Shown here: positions 1 to 10,299 of the stretch, piece by piece
Position numbering within the stretch: the stretch's first letter is position 1
How the letters are laid out: the number at the start of each line of letters is the position of its first letter
Assembly (NCBI GenBank): GCA_964199315.1
Contig: OZ116711.1
Coordinates: forward strand, 3,596,001 to 3,660,000
From: Orbicella franksi
Lineage: Eukaryota
Direction of reading: 5' to 3'
DNA length: 64,000 nt
Made by a program: the position numbers and the translations under genes
Notes under the pieces: generated by a model
The model's input: only the letters and a program-made list of their open reading frames with translations
Told to the model about the DNA's origin: nothing
Databases searched by the model: none

Positions 1-370
1 TAATAATAAGTCTTTTTTGTTTTCTTTTCGTTTTCGTCAATTAATAAAAAAAAGGAGTATTTGTAAGGTTGATCAAAGGTTGATCAAAAACGTAAAAAAA
101 AAAACAGTTTTCAGGACGTATTTCCGGTTGTAATGTTCTTCTCGGAAGTTGCGAAATGATCCTATACCTTTACGTGTTTCACTCAATCGTTTAAACTTTA
201 CGCACGAAAGCGAAGGTCTGGATCTTTCTCTGTTGGAAGATGCACGTACTGCGACTCATTCGAAGTGTAGGCAGACAATTTGAAATGCAAAGTTTGTACA
301 ACACAATGGACTTGGGCAAATTTAATTACATTCAGTCACTGGAATGATGAATGCGAAAATGTAAAAGGAA

Positions 371-555
371 CAGAGCGTTTTCTGTCACGTGGCCAGCAGC
401 CATGCAAGTTTATTGGAACGAAAGAAAGTGTTTACATATGAAAAGAGTTCAACTCTCACAATCACAGGAATGGTTTGGGACATCAACATGGCCGCCGTTT
501 CATTGTCTTAGGACGCCAATATGGCTGCTGTCACGTCATGTGAAAACACTTTATA
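371..555. mobile_element. ~185-bp MITE (non-autonomous DNA transposon), copy in duplication 1
   Basis: Short imperfect TIRs agagcgttttc ... gaaaacactttat. Internal aacatggccgcc/aatatggctgc motifs match a recalled common anthozoan MITE. Confidence 0.7.
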
Positions 556-949
556 CCAGACTCTCCTTGAAAGACTTGAGCTAGTCTTTTACAAACCGAA
601 GATACAAAGAACTGCACAAAAATATCCAATATCAGACAAAATAGTCAAAATAAATACTTTGGTTTTGGATTACCTATAACAGTGGACTAAATGCAAGAGA
701 TACTGAGATTACTTAACCACCCCCCACTCCCCACCCCCTTCCCCGCCCCAACTTAGGGTTTTTTTGTACAAGAAGTCAAAAGCTATGAAATTTAAATTCC
801 TTTGAGTTTGAAACGAGCCTTCGTCTTCTAAACTGCAGTGAAGACTGCTTATTTTGAATAGCCCTTTTCAAGGTTAACTTTTCTCATTTGCATAACAATG
901 TAATCCAACTCGGGTAGAGACTCCAATTCCTTCTATGGGCAACTCATAC

Positions 950-1068
950 TGTTTGCCAAACATGTTTGATACCATTTGGTCATTCTGTACAACATCAACA
1001 TGTCTGGTCATCAAACAACGTTTCATCATGTTTGATCGCCAAACATTTTCTGTTTGGACAGGGCCTTA
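950..1068. mobile_element. Terminal fragment of a CCAAAC/GTTTG-rich MITE (paralogous copy ~9451-9569)
   Basis: Iterated ccaaac/gtttg motifs ending ...gtttggacagggcctta. Family recognised from recollection only. Confidence 0.45.
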
Positions 1069-2575
1069 GATTATATTATAATGCATATATGAGAAAAGTT
1101 AACCGTGAAAAGGGCTATAGTCCTTTTGGCAATGTTTCAATTAGACGGGTTGTTTTTTACATCTGCTATTTCAATGCGTGAAACTGTTCTAATGCCTTTT
1201 AGAACGTTTTAGAACATACCGTAAAACAAAATATTCGCAATACACTTGTTGCAACAAGTTTTTGGCGTTAGTCGAAAACCGAGAGATTGTCTGCTTGTCA
1301 AATTTCACGTCCGTTTTTGAACACTTTGATCCTTGCCTTCGACAGTCACGAATTCCTGTTGACTCAATTAGCCATGGGTCCCGTTATTCTACCGGGTCTT
1401 TTCACGTCTCGTTACCGTATCTGTACTCTGATCGGTCTCAATATCAAGATTTCTAGAAACTAACCTGATTCCAGCGAAATTCTGAGCGGCAGTGCAAACA
1501 AATTCGTCCACGCTGAAAACAATTATGAGCTGAATCCCTCAAGACTTAAGCGGAGTCAGCGCCCCCAAATAAAACGTGCGTTTTCTAACGAACTATCAAA
1601 TATGGTCACAACGTGGAACCTTAGTGATTTTCGTCATCAAGAGTCTTTTGTCATGACAGTTGACTTCCTGCTTACCAGCAGATGTTTTCCTAGCTAAATA
1701 CAAGACACGAAATCAATAAAAAAAACAATAGTTGGAACGATCTGCGCGGAACTAGTGCAGTTGAGCACAATTCCTGTGCAAATTTCCAATTTTCAGGTTG
1801 TTTTAATTAAAACATTGAATTTATTTTTTAGGTTTGTTTTAAAATTGTCACGTAACAATTCTTGGTAGCCTCTCAACTTCCTTACATGAACGTTACAAAA
1901 TAGCCAGGAAAATTGACAAGATATAGGAACGTTCGGTCTTGAGATCCACTAAGTGAATTCTGAGCCATTCAGGTCTTGGATGACTTATGCAAAGTTGATT
2001 AATCAGCAGGAACGAATTTATAAACTGACGTTGTGTATACACTTGCTAAAACAGGCGTCACCGGATACAGTAAAAAAGTCCTGGTTACCTCCAGGTCGCA
2101 TCTTTAGGCTTTTAATGTTCAATAACACGTCTGGAAACCAACTGAAGCTCACGCAAAGCGGATTATATATTGTCTATACATTACTTTATCCTTGTATTAC
2201 CTAGCCCTGAAGAATTGTTGTAAGAAATGTTCCGTTTGAAATTTTGTATAAACTTTCCTTGAGCTGAATTGCAACTAAATGTGTCTGAACATAATAAACA
2301 CTGAGTCCATGAAGTGAAAGCGTGCAAATATATTTTTTTGAAGTCACAAAGCTGGTTTAACTGGTTAGAGACTCCCGTTTTAAAAAATCTCCTTAACACC
2401 ATGGGGCAAAATACATTTTTGTTTGGATATTACTTGGATGCTAAGTCGGAGAATTTGCATCGAATAGAAAGAGAGACCACATAGAGAACTTTAGCAGCTG
2501 CAGTGCGTACGATCACATGTGCACATGTTTTGTATCTTAGTTTAACACTTAGCGAAATTTCGCAGTTTTCACTTG

Positions 2576-2852
2576 GACGGGGGTGTTAAGACCTGTCTCA
2601 GACCTGCCTTATGAGGGCATTGTGAAGGGCTTTTGCTGATGGTCTTATCGATAATGATGAAAGAGCATAACTTCTTCTAAAAAACGATACCCAATTCAAT
2701 ACTAGAGTGCAAAAAGCGTACCCTATTTGAGACCAAAATGGGTAATATCGATACATGTACTCTATTTCTGACGAAAATGGCTACAACAACCGTACCCTTC
2801 GGGGCATACTCATACTTATATTTCCCATTCAAGGGAACCCCCCTGCCCCGGG
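2576..2852. mobile_element. MITE of the ...GGAGTACCCCCGGG-ended family (paralogous copy ~11079-11370)
   Basis: Iterated accctattt...accaaaa motifs and a cccc-ggg end, present at the same position in both duplication copies. Confidence 0.55.
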
Positions 2853-3572
2853 TATTGTCCAAGGTAATATAAGAAAATTTCTGTAGGCGTGTCGTGGGAT
2901 GTGTCTGAAAATATCAAAGTTGTGAACAGAGGCTTAAGCTGTAGCGTGCTACTGAGATCAACTCAGTATCGTATCTTATCCTGTAAACATTCTATTTCGT
3001 CTATGAACCCCGGCTCGTCGTTACTATCAAGTCGAAGGTCACCCATTAAATAGTTAAGTTGATGCGAATAGACCAAATAACTTAAAACAATGTTTGTCGC
3101 TCTCGCGTGATCAAACGAGTTAGAGGACTGCGGAAAACTAGTTAAACCGGTCTTTCAGAACACAGACAACGTTAGGTCGCTTTGTTATTGGTTTCGTGAG
3201 TTATCTGTTCTCTACTACATGGATGGGAATTGTATTGTATTAAAGTCGAGATATCCCGTTGCATCGTGTCAGAAGACGTAAGAAAATCTTCGGAAAATTC
3301 GTAACTGTGCACAAACTTTAAATACCATCGAGAGGTCTAACGACTTGTATTATCCCTCGTGTTTGTGAAATATTTGACAGTGTTTCATAGCAAACCACAA
3401 AATAACCAGTAAATAAGTGTAATTGAGATAGGAGACATACGACGTGTCTTCTAGATAAGTTCGTTATTTTCTTCTCCAGAAACCTCCAACTTGTTTTACA
3501 GCACACAATGATTCCTTAGCGAAACTAAAACACGTACGGGCAGATAGCGGTGATAATAAAGAGAGTCTGGAT

Positions 3573-3717
3573 CCGGGGGGTACTCTACAAAGTTTTGTGC
3601 GGGGAGTCTCCGTCCCAAGGTCCAACCATTTACCTTTTCGTTTACCACTTTGACAGAAATTGTACCCCTTTCGGGCGGAGCCTCCCCCTATAGCTTGTTA
3701 TAGGGAGTACCCCCGGG
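3573..3717. mobile_element. ~145-bp MITE with CCGGGGGTACTC / GAGTACCCCCGG TIRs (paralogous copy 12226-12370)
   Basis: TIRs visible in both copies. Copy 2 flanks gtctggat / atctggat resemble an 8-bp TSD. Confidence 0.75.
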
Positions 3718-5696
3718 TATCTGGTTGAGGATACCAGAATCCCGTGATATTGTCTGTTTATTTTGCCACAGACAGAACAAACTAAAATTATATATAGATC
3801 AGTTCCCGACTAGGAATTGCAAGTGCGATTCGTTTTATAGAAGCAAACATGTCCGTAATGGTCGGTGTACATTCACTTACCATAAATATTCTGCTGAAGC
3901 TGGGATAAAATCCGAGTCGGAAAATATCTGCACAAACTCTCAGTTCGTGCAAGAATGACTTCATATATTTCACCCAGTGTGAAAAATTAACGGATGTTGA
4001 TGGGACCAAGAAAAAGAAAACTCAGTTTGCATGTGAAGATGGCTGCGTCTGTTCATACAAATAGCAGTGGAATAAACTATTTAATCATGCTATGAAGAGT
4101 GAGCTGTACGTGATGTTATGATAAAATATCAGTTACATGTGTTGCCAAGTCAAGCTGAGAGTAAATCGTCGGCAGCCGGGAAAAACATTTCTTTCTTTCA
4201 TCTGGTTTGGCTTTATAACTCGTTTAAACAAATAAACGCTGTTTTGGCACCACATAAGTATGGAAGTGTTAGTTACCACGATGTAAAGAAATTTAAATTT
4301 CTGTTACTATATTGTTCTTCAGCCTGTTCAGTCTCTTTCCATGTACTTGCACGGTCCTTATATGGATACTTTACCTTCTGAATTAACAGTGATAAGCCGC
4401 TACAGGCAACTGATGTGGGAGTCTGGGCCTTTCAGTCCCTTATATGGAATTAATACTAAGTTCGGCCGTGAATCTATTAAAACATTACCCGTTTCTTTTT
4501 CTTCAGTTATTTTAAGTGGGTCAAGAAGTTAACGAGCTGATTGTTTCTGAAAGCTTGATTTATTGACTCCAAACCATGAATTCCAAGACGAATTATGGTG
4601 TAATTAAAAACAAATTAGAATAAGCTTCCTGTTGATCTTGGCCTCAAGCACAATGAGAGGTTAAGCACGTCAACATGTTTTTCGTTTCGCGAGTCTAAGA
4701 ATATTTCAGTTGTTAAAATGGAGATTTCTTTACGTATTTCAAACGCAAAAGGGAGAGAGCTCTTCTTTTAACTAGTGACTTACAGAACTAATATGACAAT
4801 AAATTAGCGATAAGAGAGGCCTCGAAAGAAGACGAGGAAAGATGAAGATGGGAAATGTCGAGAATGTATGTCCAGCTGGTTTTATTTATTTATTTAATAT
4901 GGTTTGAAATCAATAACTTCCTTTGGATTTAGGTCTGATCTCAAATTCTTAGCTTGGGCTCGAACGCACTCACATGAACAAAGGAAGGCGAGTTGAGAAT
5001 GCGAAGCTCGTAAGCAACACAGAAACACAAGATGGGTTACGAAGAGTTATCAAAACGTATTTTATCCATACACTGTCAGTTCATTGTACACTAAACAGGT
5101 GATAAGAATAAAAAAAATCATCAACTAAGGAATGTTATTTTGATATTTGCGTTGATTTTCTTTTTCTTGCTTTTTAACATGTCCAAACCACAGTGATTTA
5201 TATCATTTTTTTGCTTGATATAGCATCATCTGCACATCTTGTCATTCTTGTGTCAGTAGTTCTAAGATGTAGTGCAAAAGCAATAACATTCTGTGAATTG
5301 CCTTTTCAGGCACTTTCTACTTTCTTGCATCCAGTCGTCTTTGAAAAACATCAAGAAATCGTTCATATTTTACTTTTTAACTGCAAGGAATCTCTCAAAC
5401 ACAGAAACGTCACGTCTCTCACCACCTAGTGGTAGTGCTAAGCAGTTCTTTCGCACCAACGTTGTGACTGTCATGGTACTACATCTACCAAAACTTTCGA
5501 CAATCACCTCGAATCGGTTGACTGTTGACTGTCACGGAGCTGTTGATTGACAGGTAAATGTTGCCACTAAGCTCGTGATTAGCTGTCACGGAACCGTGCG
5601 AAGTTGTTGACTGTCACGTTCAAGAGAGTAGTAATGAATTTCCGTGTTGACTATAACATAGACGTCTCTGAAAGTCACGAAATTCTTTGCCTCCTG

Positions 5697-6278
5697 TCAT
5701 GAAACCGTTGACTCTAGTGAACAAAGACTGTCAACACTGCCACTAACGCTTGGGATCTTTGAGTATGTGGCTCGTCTATTCCAATAATTCAGTTCTCTGA
5801 AGGACAATACCAATGCTAGCATGGTCAAAATCGCTGTAGCTGCGAAAAGTCCCCCCAATATGACCAGATAACCGTTACGCTGGAAAATCCTCCGACTCGT
5901 GACTAGAGTGGCATGATTACATTCCTTTCCACTACACTCTTGTACGCAGCGTTTGGCGTTACACGTGAACGAGCATGCTCCAGATAGACAGTGCTGTCCA
6001 CAATAACCGACGTCACTTGTACATTCCATATGGCAGTTATGACATCTTTGGTAACAAGTCCCGGATGTGCACGTCATTTTCTTACATTTGAAGCCATCGC
6101 AGGCCTGGTTACAGGTAGCGTATTGTGAGTCTCCGTACGTAACGCCACACTTGCATGACACGTCACTGCACTGCTGAAAGCAAGTGTTTGATACTGTGAC
6201 GTTGCAGTTTTCTGTTGATGACGCGTCAACGACGGCAGCCAGAAGAAATTCCGTGATAATCACAATGAAGCAAAGCAT
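5697..6278 (-). CDS. Cys-rich (CxQxC 4-Cys repeat) type I membrane protein, paralog 1, 193 aa
   Basis: Signal peptide MLCFIVIITEFLLAAVVDA, 20 regularly spaced Cys, TM YLVILGGLFAATAILTMLALVLSF, 34-aa tail. Intact ORF conserved in three paralogs. Splice acceptor tcttcacag 8 nt upstream of the ATG. Confidence 0.88.
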   Translation of the reverse strand: MLCFIVIITEFLLAAVVDASSTENCNVTVSNTCFQQCSDVSCKCGVTYGDSQYATCNQACDGFKCKKMTCTSGTCYQRCHNCHMECTSDVGYCGQHCLSGACSFTCNAKRCVQECSGKECNHATLVTSRRIFQRNGYLVILGGLFAATAILTMLALVLSFRELNYWNRRATYSKIPSVSGSVDSLCSLESTVS

Positions 6279-6419
6279 CTTAATATCTGTGAAGAGATGC
6301 AGAATGATAATAGGAGGTTATAGCTTTTTCTTGTCAAACTTACGTTAAAGAATGATTGACATATAATTCATGTATATGCAAGATCCGTGTCAATAATGGC
6401 CTTGATCACCATGAATCTT

Positions 6420-6550
6420 TCTGTGGCTCAGTGGATACTCGAGTAGAGCGCCCCCGCCAGGTCTTCGGGAGGTCATTGGCCCTGAATCCTGTTGAGGACT
6501 CAGAATTTTTTTCCTTTGTCACACGCTGTTGACATGTAACGATTACATCT
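6420..6550 (+). mobile_element. Degenerate tRNA-derived SINE (paralogous copy 15041-15175)
   Basis: A-box-like tggctcagtgg, eroded B box (ctgaatcc), then ggactcagaattttttcctttgtc...gacatg...attacatct. Confidence 0.7.
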
Positions 6551-6689
6551 AGTTTTTCCTTACAGTCTTAATAGATTTTCAAACAGACAGGTAAGGAGAA
6601 TAAACACAATCATCAGCTAGGAGATGTTGCCTTGATGTAGCACTACATGAGCACTGGCACCATGATAACATAGTCAGTAACGAGAATTA

Positions 6690-8150
6690 ATTTTGAGCTT
6701 CACTGGTTCGGTGTGAATTGACTGGCGAGTGTGTGCTGAGATTTACAGGTGAAACCCGTCGGAATTCCGATGCAGTGTCCCCATCTTCTGTCTTCTCCAT
6801 GTCAACATATCCCGATTTAAGTGAATGTTTCGAATCAATCAAAATCTGCATGACCAAACATGTTCGGCCAGTGTGAAAGAGAAAGATCACTCATTAGATT
6901 AACGGGTGACTTAAATTGATTTTTACCATACTTTCGAGAATTTTAAAACGTATCAAGCACGAAGTTCTCACACTTTCCAGGGAGAAACAGCGAAAAACAC
7001 CATTATCGAGTTGAGATACAGTCTTAGGACAGAGAAGAGAAACTATATTGTCCAGGTTTTTCACACATTTGTCATATAGGAATTCCCTTCTGTATAGCTC
7101 GTTATTTGGGTAGATATTTCTTGTACTACTATAAATCGACTGGAGTAAATATTTGGTCGCTTGAATTCGAGATTGAAATACTGATCGTGAATCGAACAAA
7201 CCTTAGATTGATCCTCAATGCAATGAGAATTGAACTGAGGCGTACTGTGACATGCTGTTTCGAACAGAGATGACTTACTATGAGCGGTCTATATAGTCAT
7301 CGGTTTTTCTAATTAGATAAATTACGCTTTGTGGAAGGTAGATTGTATGCCAGTGCTTGCAACAGTGTGACTGCTCCGTGATCAGGTAAAATAAATCAGT
7401 TTACTTTTGGCATTAAATTGACATGTTTGCATTTTGTAAGCGCTAAAGGTGTTTTAGACTCGAAGATAATGGCAAAAGTTGAAATGCTAACCATTTCTTT
7501 ATATTTAGTATATTTGCTTTGGCTTGTTTTAGTTCTATATCAAAAACGATGTTTTCATTGCGCTAGACTGAAAGAGCTGCCCCCTTCTTCCCCGTCTGGC
7601 GGAGGACAGATTTAGTTGTAAAGATCTTCCAAGGGACTCAAACCTACACACGTAACCTTTACGGCTATGGCCAATTAAATTAATAAAAAAAGCCTATCAA
7701 AGAAAACTGTAAGCATACCAACCTTCAAAAGATTGCTGTTAGTCTCGCTAAACGGAGCTTAAACCGACTGTTTTTTTGAGGTATCTGTCTGTATGTGACT
7801 TGTGAAAATGCCGTATAAGCAATATTCATCAGACGCTAATGGACTGAATGTGATTAATAAGCGCTATTTATAAGGGAAAACCCCCCCAGTGACGGCACTG
7901 ACGTCAGCATTCCATTGTCTGATAAGAGTCAGGCGGAAAAAGAAAGCAAATAACGGTTTCTTAGAAAGTAAGGAACTTTAAAAACGCGCTGTATTGAGAT
8001 GAGGTATGTTAATTTACATCACGTACACTGGAAGAGGTTAAGATATGCTTTTTTCAGACAAGCCACATTCAATTTTCGTTCTATCACTTTCTGTTTACCC
8101 TACTCGTGATCACAGAACGCTGTCGGATAAGACGGTCAGGTCAAAAGGAT
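6690..8150 (-). pseudogene. Decayed LRR gene remnant upstream of paralog 1
   Basis: Fragments LQLNLSS (~7610), SSLKHL*RLQNAN (~7430-7475), LPDHGAVTLLQALAYNL (~7340-7390), TVSQLDNGVFRCFSLESV and KINLSH (ORF 6894-7199). Multiple stops. Confidence 0.45.
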
Positions 8151-8854
8151 CAAATAATTTTCCTTTCTGTTTCTGTTGGTTTTTCCATTAAAACAATACA
8201 ACAATAGAAACATAAAGATTAGACAGCTATCAATAATTTGAACTAGACCTTTCTTAGCAAACAAAAGCTGAAATTGGGTTGACTAAATATCTTCTAATCA
8301 GTGGCAGAAAATTTGATTTTACCCTCGGGTGTGTACTTGCCTTCACTCATGTTTGAATCGACTCAGTTTCTCTCCGTCTAAGAGTCTGGTTAAATAACTA
8401 ATTATCCATGCTCATGGAAAAGAAGCGCCATATTGTTTGGGCTGCTTGAGTATCATTCCTGTAATAACAAATCTTTGTTTTGTTTTGTTTTTTTTCCTTT
8501 TTTGTCAAATAATGATGAAAAAAGGAATCTCATTGCTGTGTGGGGGTGATCAAAGACGTAAAATGAAAAAGAAACAGTTTTTAAAACGTAAAACTAAAAC
8601 TCCATTTCCTGTTGTAAAGTACTTCTCGGAAGTTGGGTAATAATTCTATACCTTTACGTGTTTCACTCAATCGTTTAAACTTTACGCACGAAAGCGAAGG
8701 TCTGGATCTTTCTTTGTCGGGAGATGCACGTGCTACGACTCACTCGAAGTGTAAACAGACAATTTGAAATGCAAAGCTTGTACAACAAAATGGACTTGGG
8801 CAAATTTAATTACATTCAGTCACTGGAATGATGAGTGCGAAAATGTAAAAAGAA

Positions 8855-9040
8855 CAGAGCGTTTTCTGTCACGTGGCCAGCAGCCATGCAAGTCTTATTG
8901 GAACGAAAGAAAGTGTTTACATATGAAAAGAGTTCAACTCTCACAATCACAGGAATGGTTTGGGGCATCAACATGGCCGCCGTTTCATTGTCTTAGGACG
9001 CCAATATGGCTGCTGTGAGGTCATGTGAAAACACTCTATA
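8855..9040. mobile_element. ~185-bp MITE, copy in duplication 2
   Basis: Paralog of 371-555 with ends agagcgttttc ... gaaaacactctata. Confidence 0.7.
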
Positions 9041-10299
9041 CCAATAACTCTCTTTGAAAGACTTGTGCTAGTCTTTTACAAACCAAAGATACAAAGAACT
9101 GCACAAAAATATCCAATATCAGACAAAATAGTCAAAATAAATACTTTGGTTTTGCATTACCTATAACAGTGGACTAAATGCAAGAGATATTGAGATTTCT
9201 AAACCACCCCCCACCCCCTTCCCCGCCATCACTCCGGGTTCTTTTGTACAAGAAGTCAAAAGCTATGAAATTTAAATTCCTTTGAGTTTGAAACGAGCCT
9301 TCGTCTTCTAAACTGCAGTGAAGACTATTTATTTTGAATTGTCCTTTTCAAGGTTAACTTTTCTCATTTGCATAACAATTTAATCCAACGTGGCCGGATG
9401 CGAGGCAATCTCGGGTAGAGACTCCAATTCCTTATATGGGCAATTCTTACTGTTTGCCAAACAGGTTTGATACCGTTTGACCACTCTGTACAACATCAAC
9501 ATGTCTGGCCATCAAACAATGTTTGATCATGTTTGATCGCCAAACATTTTCTGTTTGGACAGGGCTTTAGATTATATCATAATACACATGAGAAAAGTTG
9601 ACCGAGAAAAAAGTTGTTGTCGGCCTTCGGGCAATGTTTGAATTGGACAGTTTGTCATTTACATCTGTTATTTCAATGCGTTAAACTGTTCGAATCACGC
9701 CTTTAGACGTTTTAGAACATACTGTAAAACAAAATATTTGCAATACACTTGTTGCAGCAAGTTTCTTGCGTTATTTCGGAAACTGAGAGATTGTCTGTTT
9801 GTCTAAATTCAGGTCCGTTTTGGACCACTTTGATCCTTGCGGTCTTCGACAGTCATGAATTCCTGTTGACTCAATTAGTAATGGGTCCTGGTATTTTACC
9901 GAGTCTTTTCACTTCTCGTCACCGTATCTGTCCTCTGATCGGTCTTGATATCAAGATTTCCAGAAACTAACCTGATTTCAGCGAAATTCTGAGCGGCAGT
10001 GCAAACGAATTAATCCAAGCTGAAAAGAATTGCGCGCTGAATCCCTCCAGACTTGCAATTGCGCGGAGACAGCGCCCCCAAATAAAACGTGCGTTTTCTA
10101 ACGAACTGTCAAGTATAGTCACAACGGGGAACCTTAGTGATTCTCATCTTCAAGAGTCTTTTGTCGTGACAGTTGACTTCCTGCTTACCAGCAGATGTTT
10201 TCTTAACTAAATACACAACAGGAAATCAATAAAAAAACAACGGTTGGAACGATATGCACACATCTCGTGCAGTTTAGCACAATTCCTGTACAAATTTAT

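Larger units (their letters stand above)
1750..4500 (-). pseudogene. Decayed leucine-rich-repeat (LRR) receptor-like gene, interrupted by two MITEs
   Basis: Minus-strand translations give LRR-like fragments: LPTIYSQLDLA (~4150), GLTSFPQ (3127-3148), LNYLMGDLRLDSN (3020-3058), FPDVLLNIKSLK (2102-2137). These are followed by LRRCT-like PEWLRIHLVDL and hydrophobic YILSIFLAIL (~1890-1975). Many stops and frameshifts. Confidence 0.5.
1..6830. repeat. Segmental duplication, copy 1 (may extend beyond the window start)
   Basis: Colinear with 8461-15450, e.g. cttctcggaagttg...tttaaactttacgcacgaaagcgaaggtctggatc at ~135-230 and ~8620-8710. Similarity persists with indels to ~6830 and ~15450. Confidence 0.95.

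Noticed and set aside
351-584. 77-aa ORF conserved at 8764-9018
   Set aside because: Conservation is explained by the MITE and the duplication. It has no protein features.
1250-1650. TIR domain downstream of the LRR remnant (RFHVVTIF, ICLHCR)
   Set aside because: The resemblance needs several frameshifts and is not better preserved in copy 2, so it is too weak to call. A frameshift-aware TIR HMM search would decide.
5697-6278. Labelling the Cys-rich proteins as galaxin, keratin-associated, EGF or metallothionein
   Set aside because: There are no CC doublets or EGF spacing, and signal peptide plus TM excludes metallothionein. Such hits would reflect Cys composition only.
6279-6290. Spliced-leader trans-splicing at the acceptors just before the ATGs
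   Set aside because: An ordinary 5'-UTR intron explains it, and ADIPOR shows the same layout with an identifiable cis donor.
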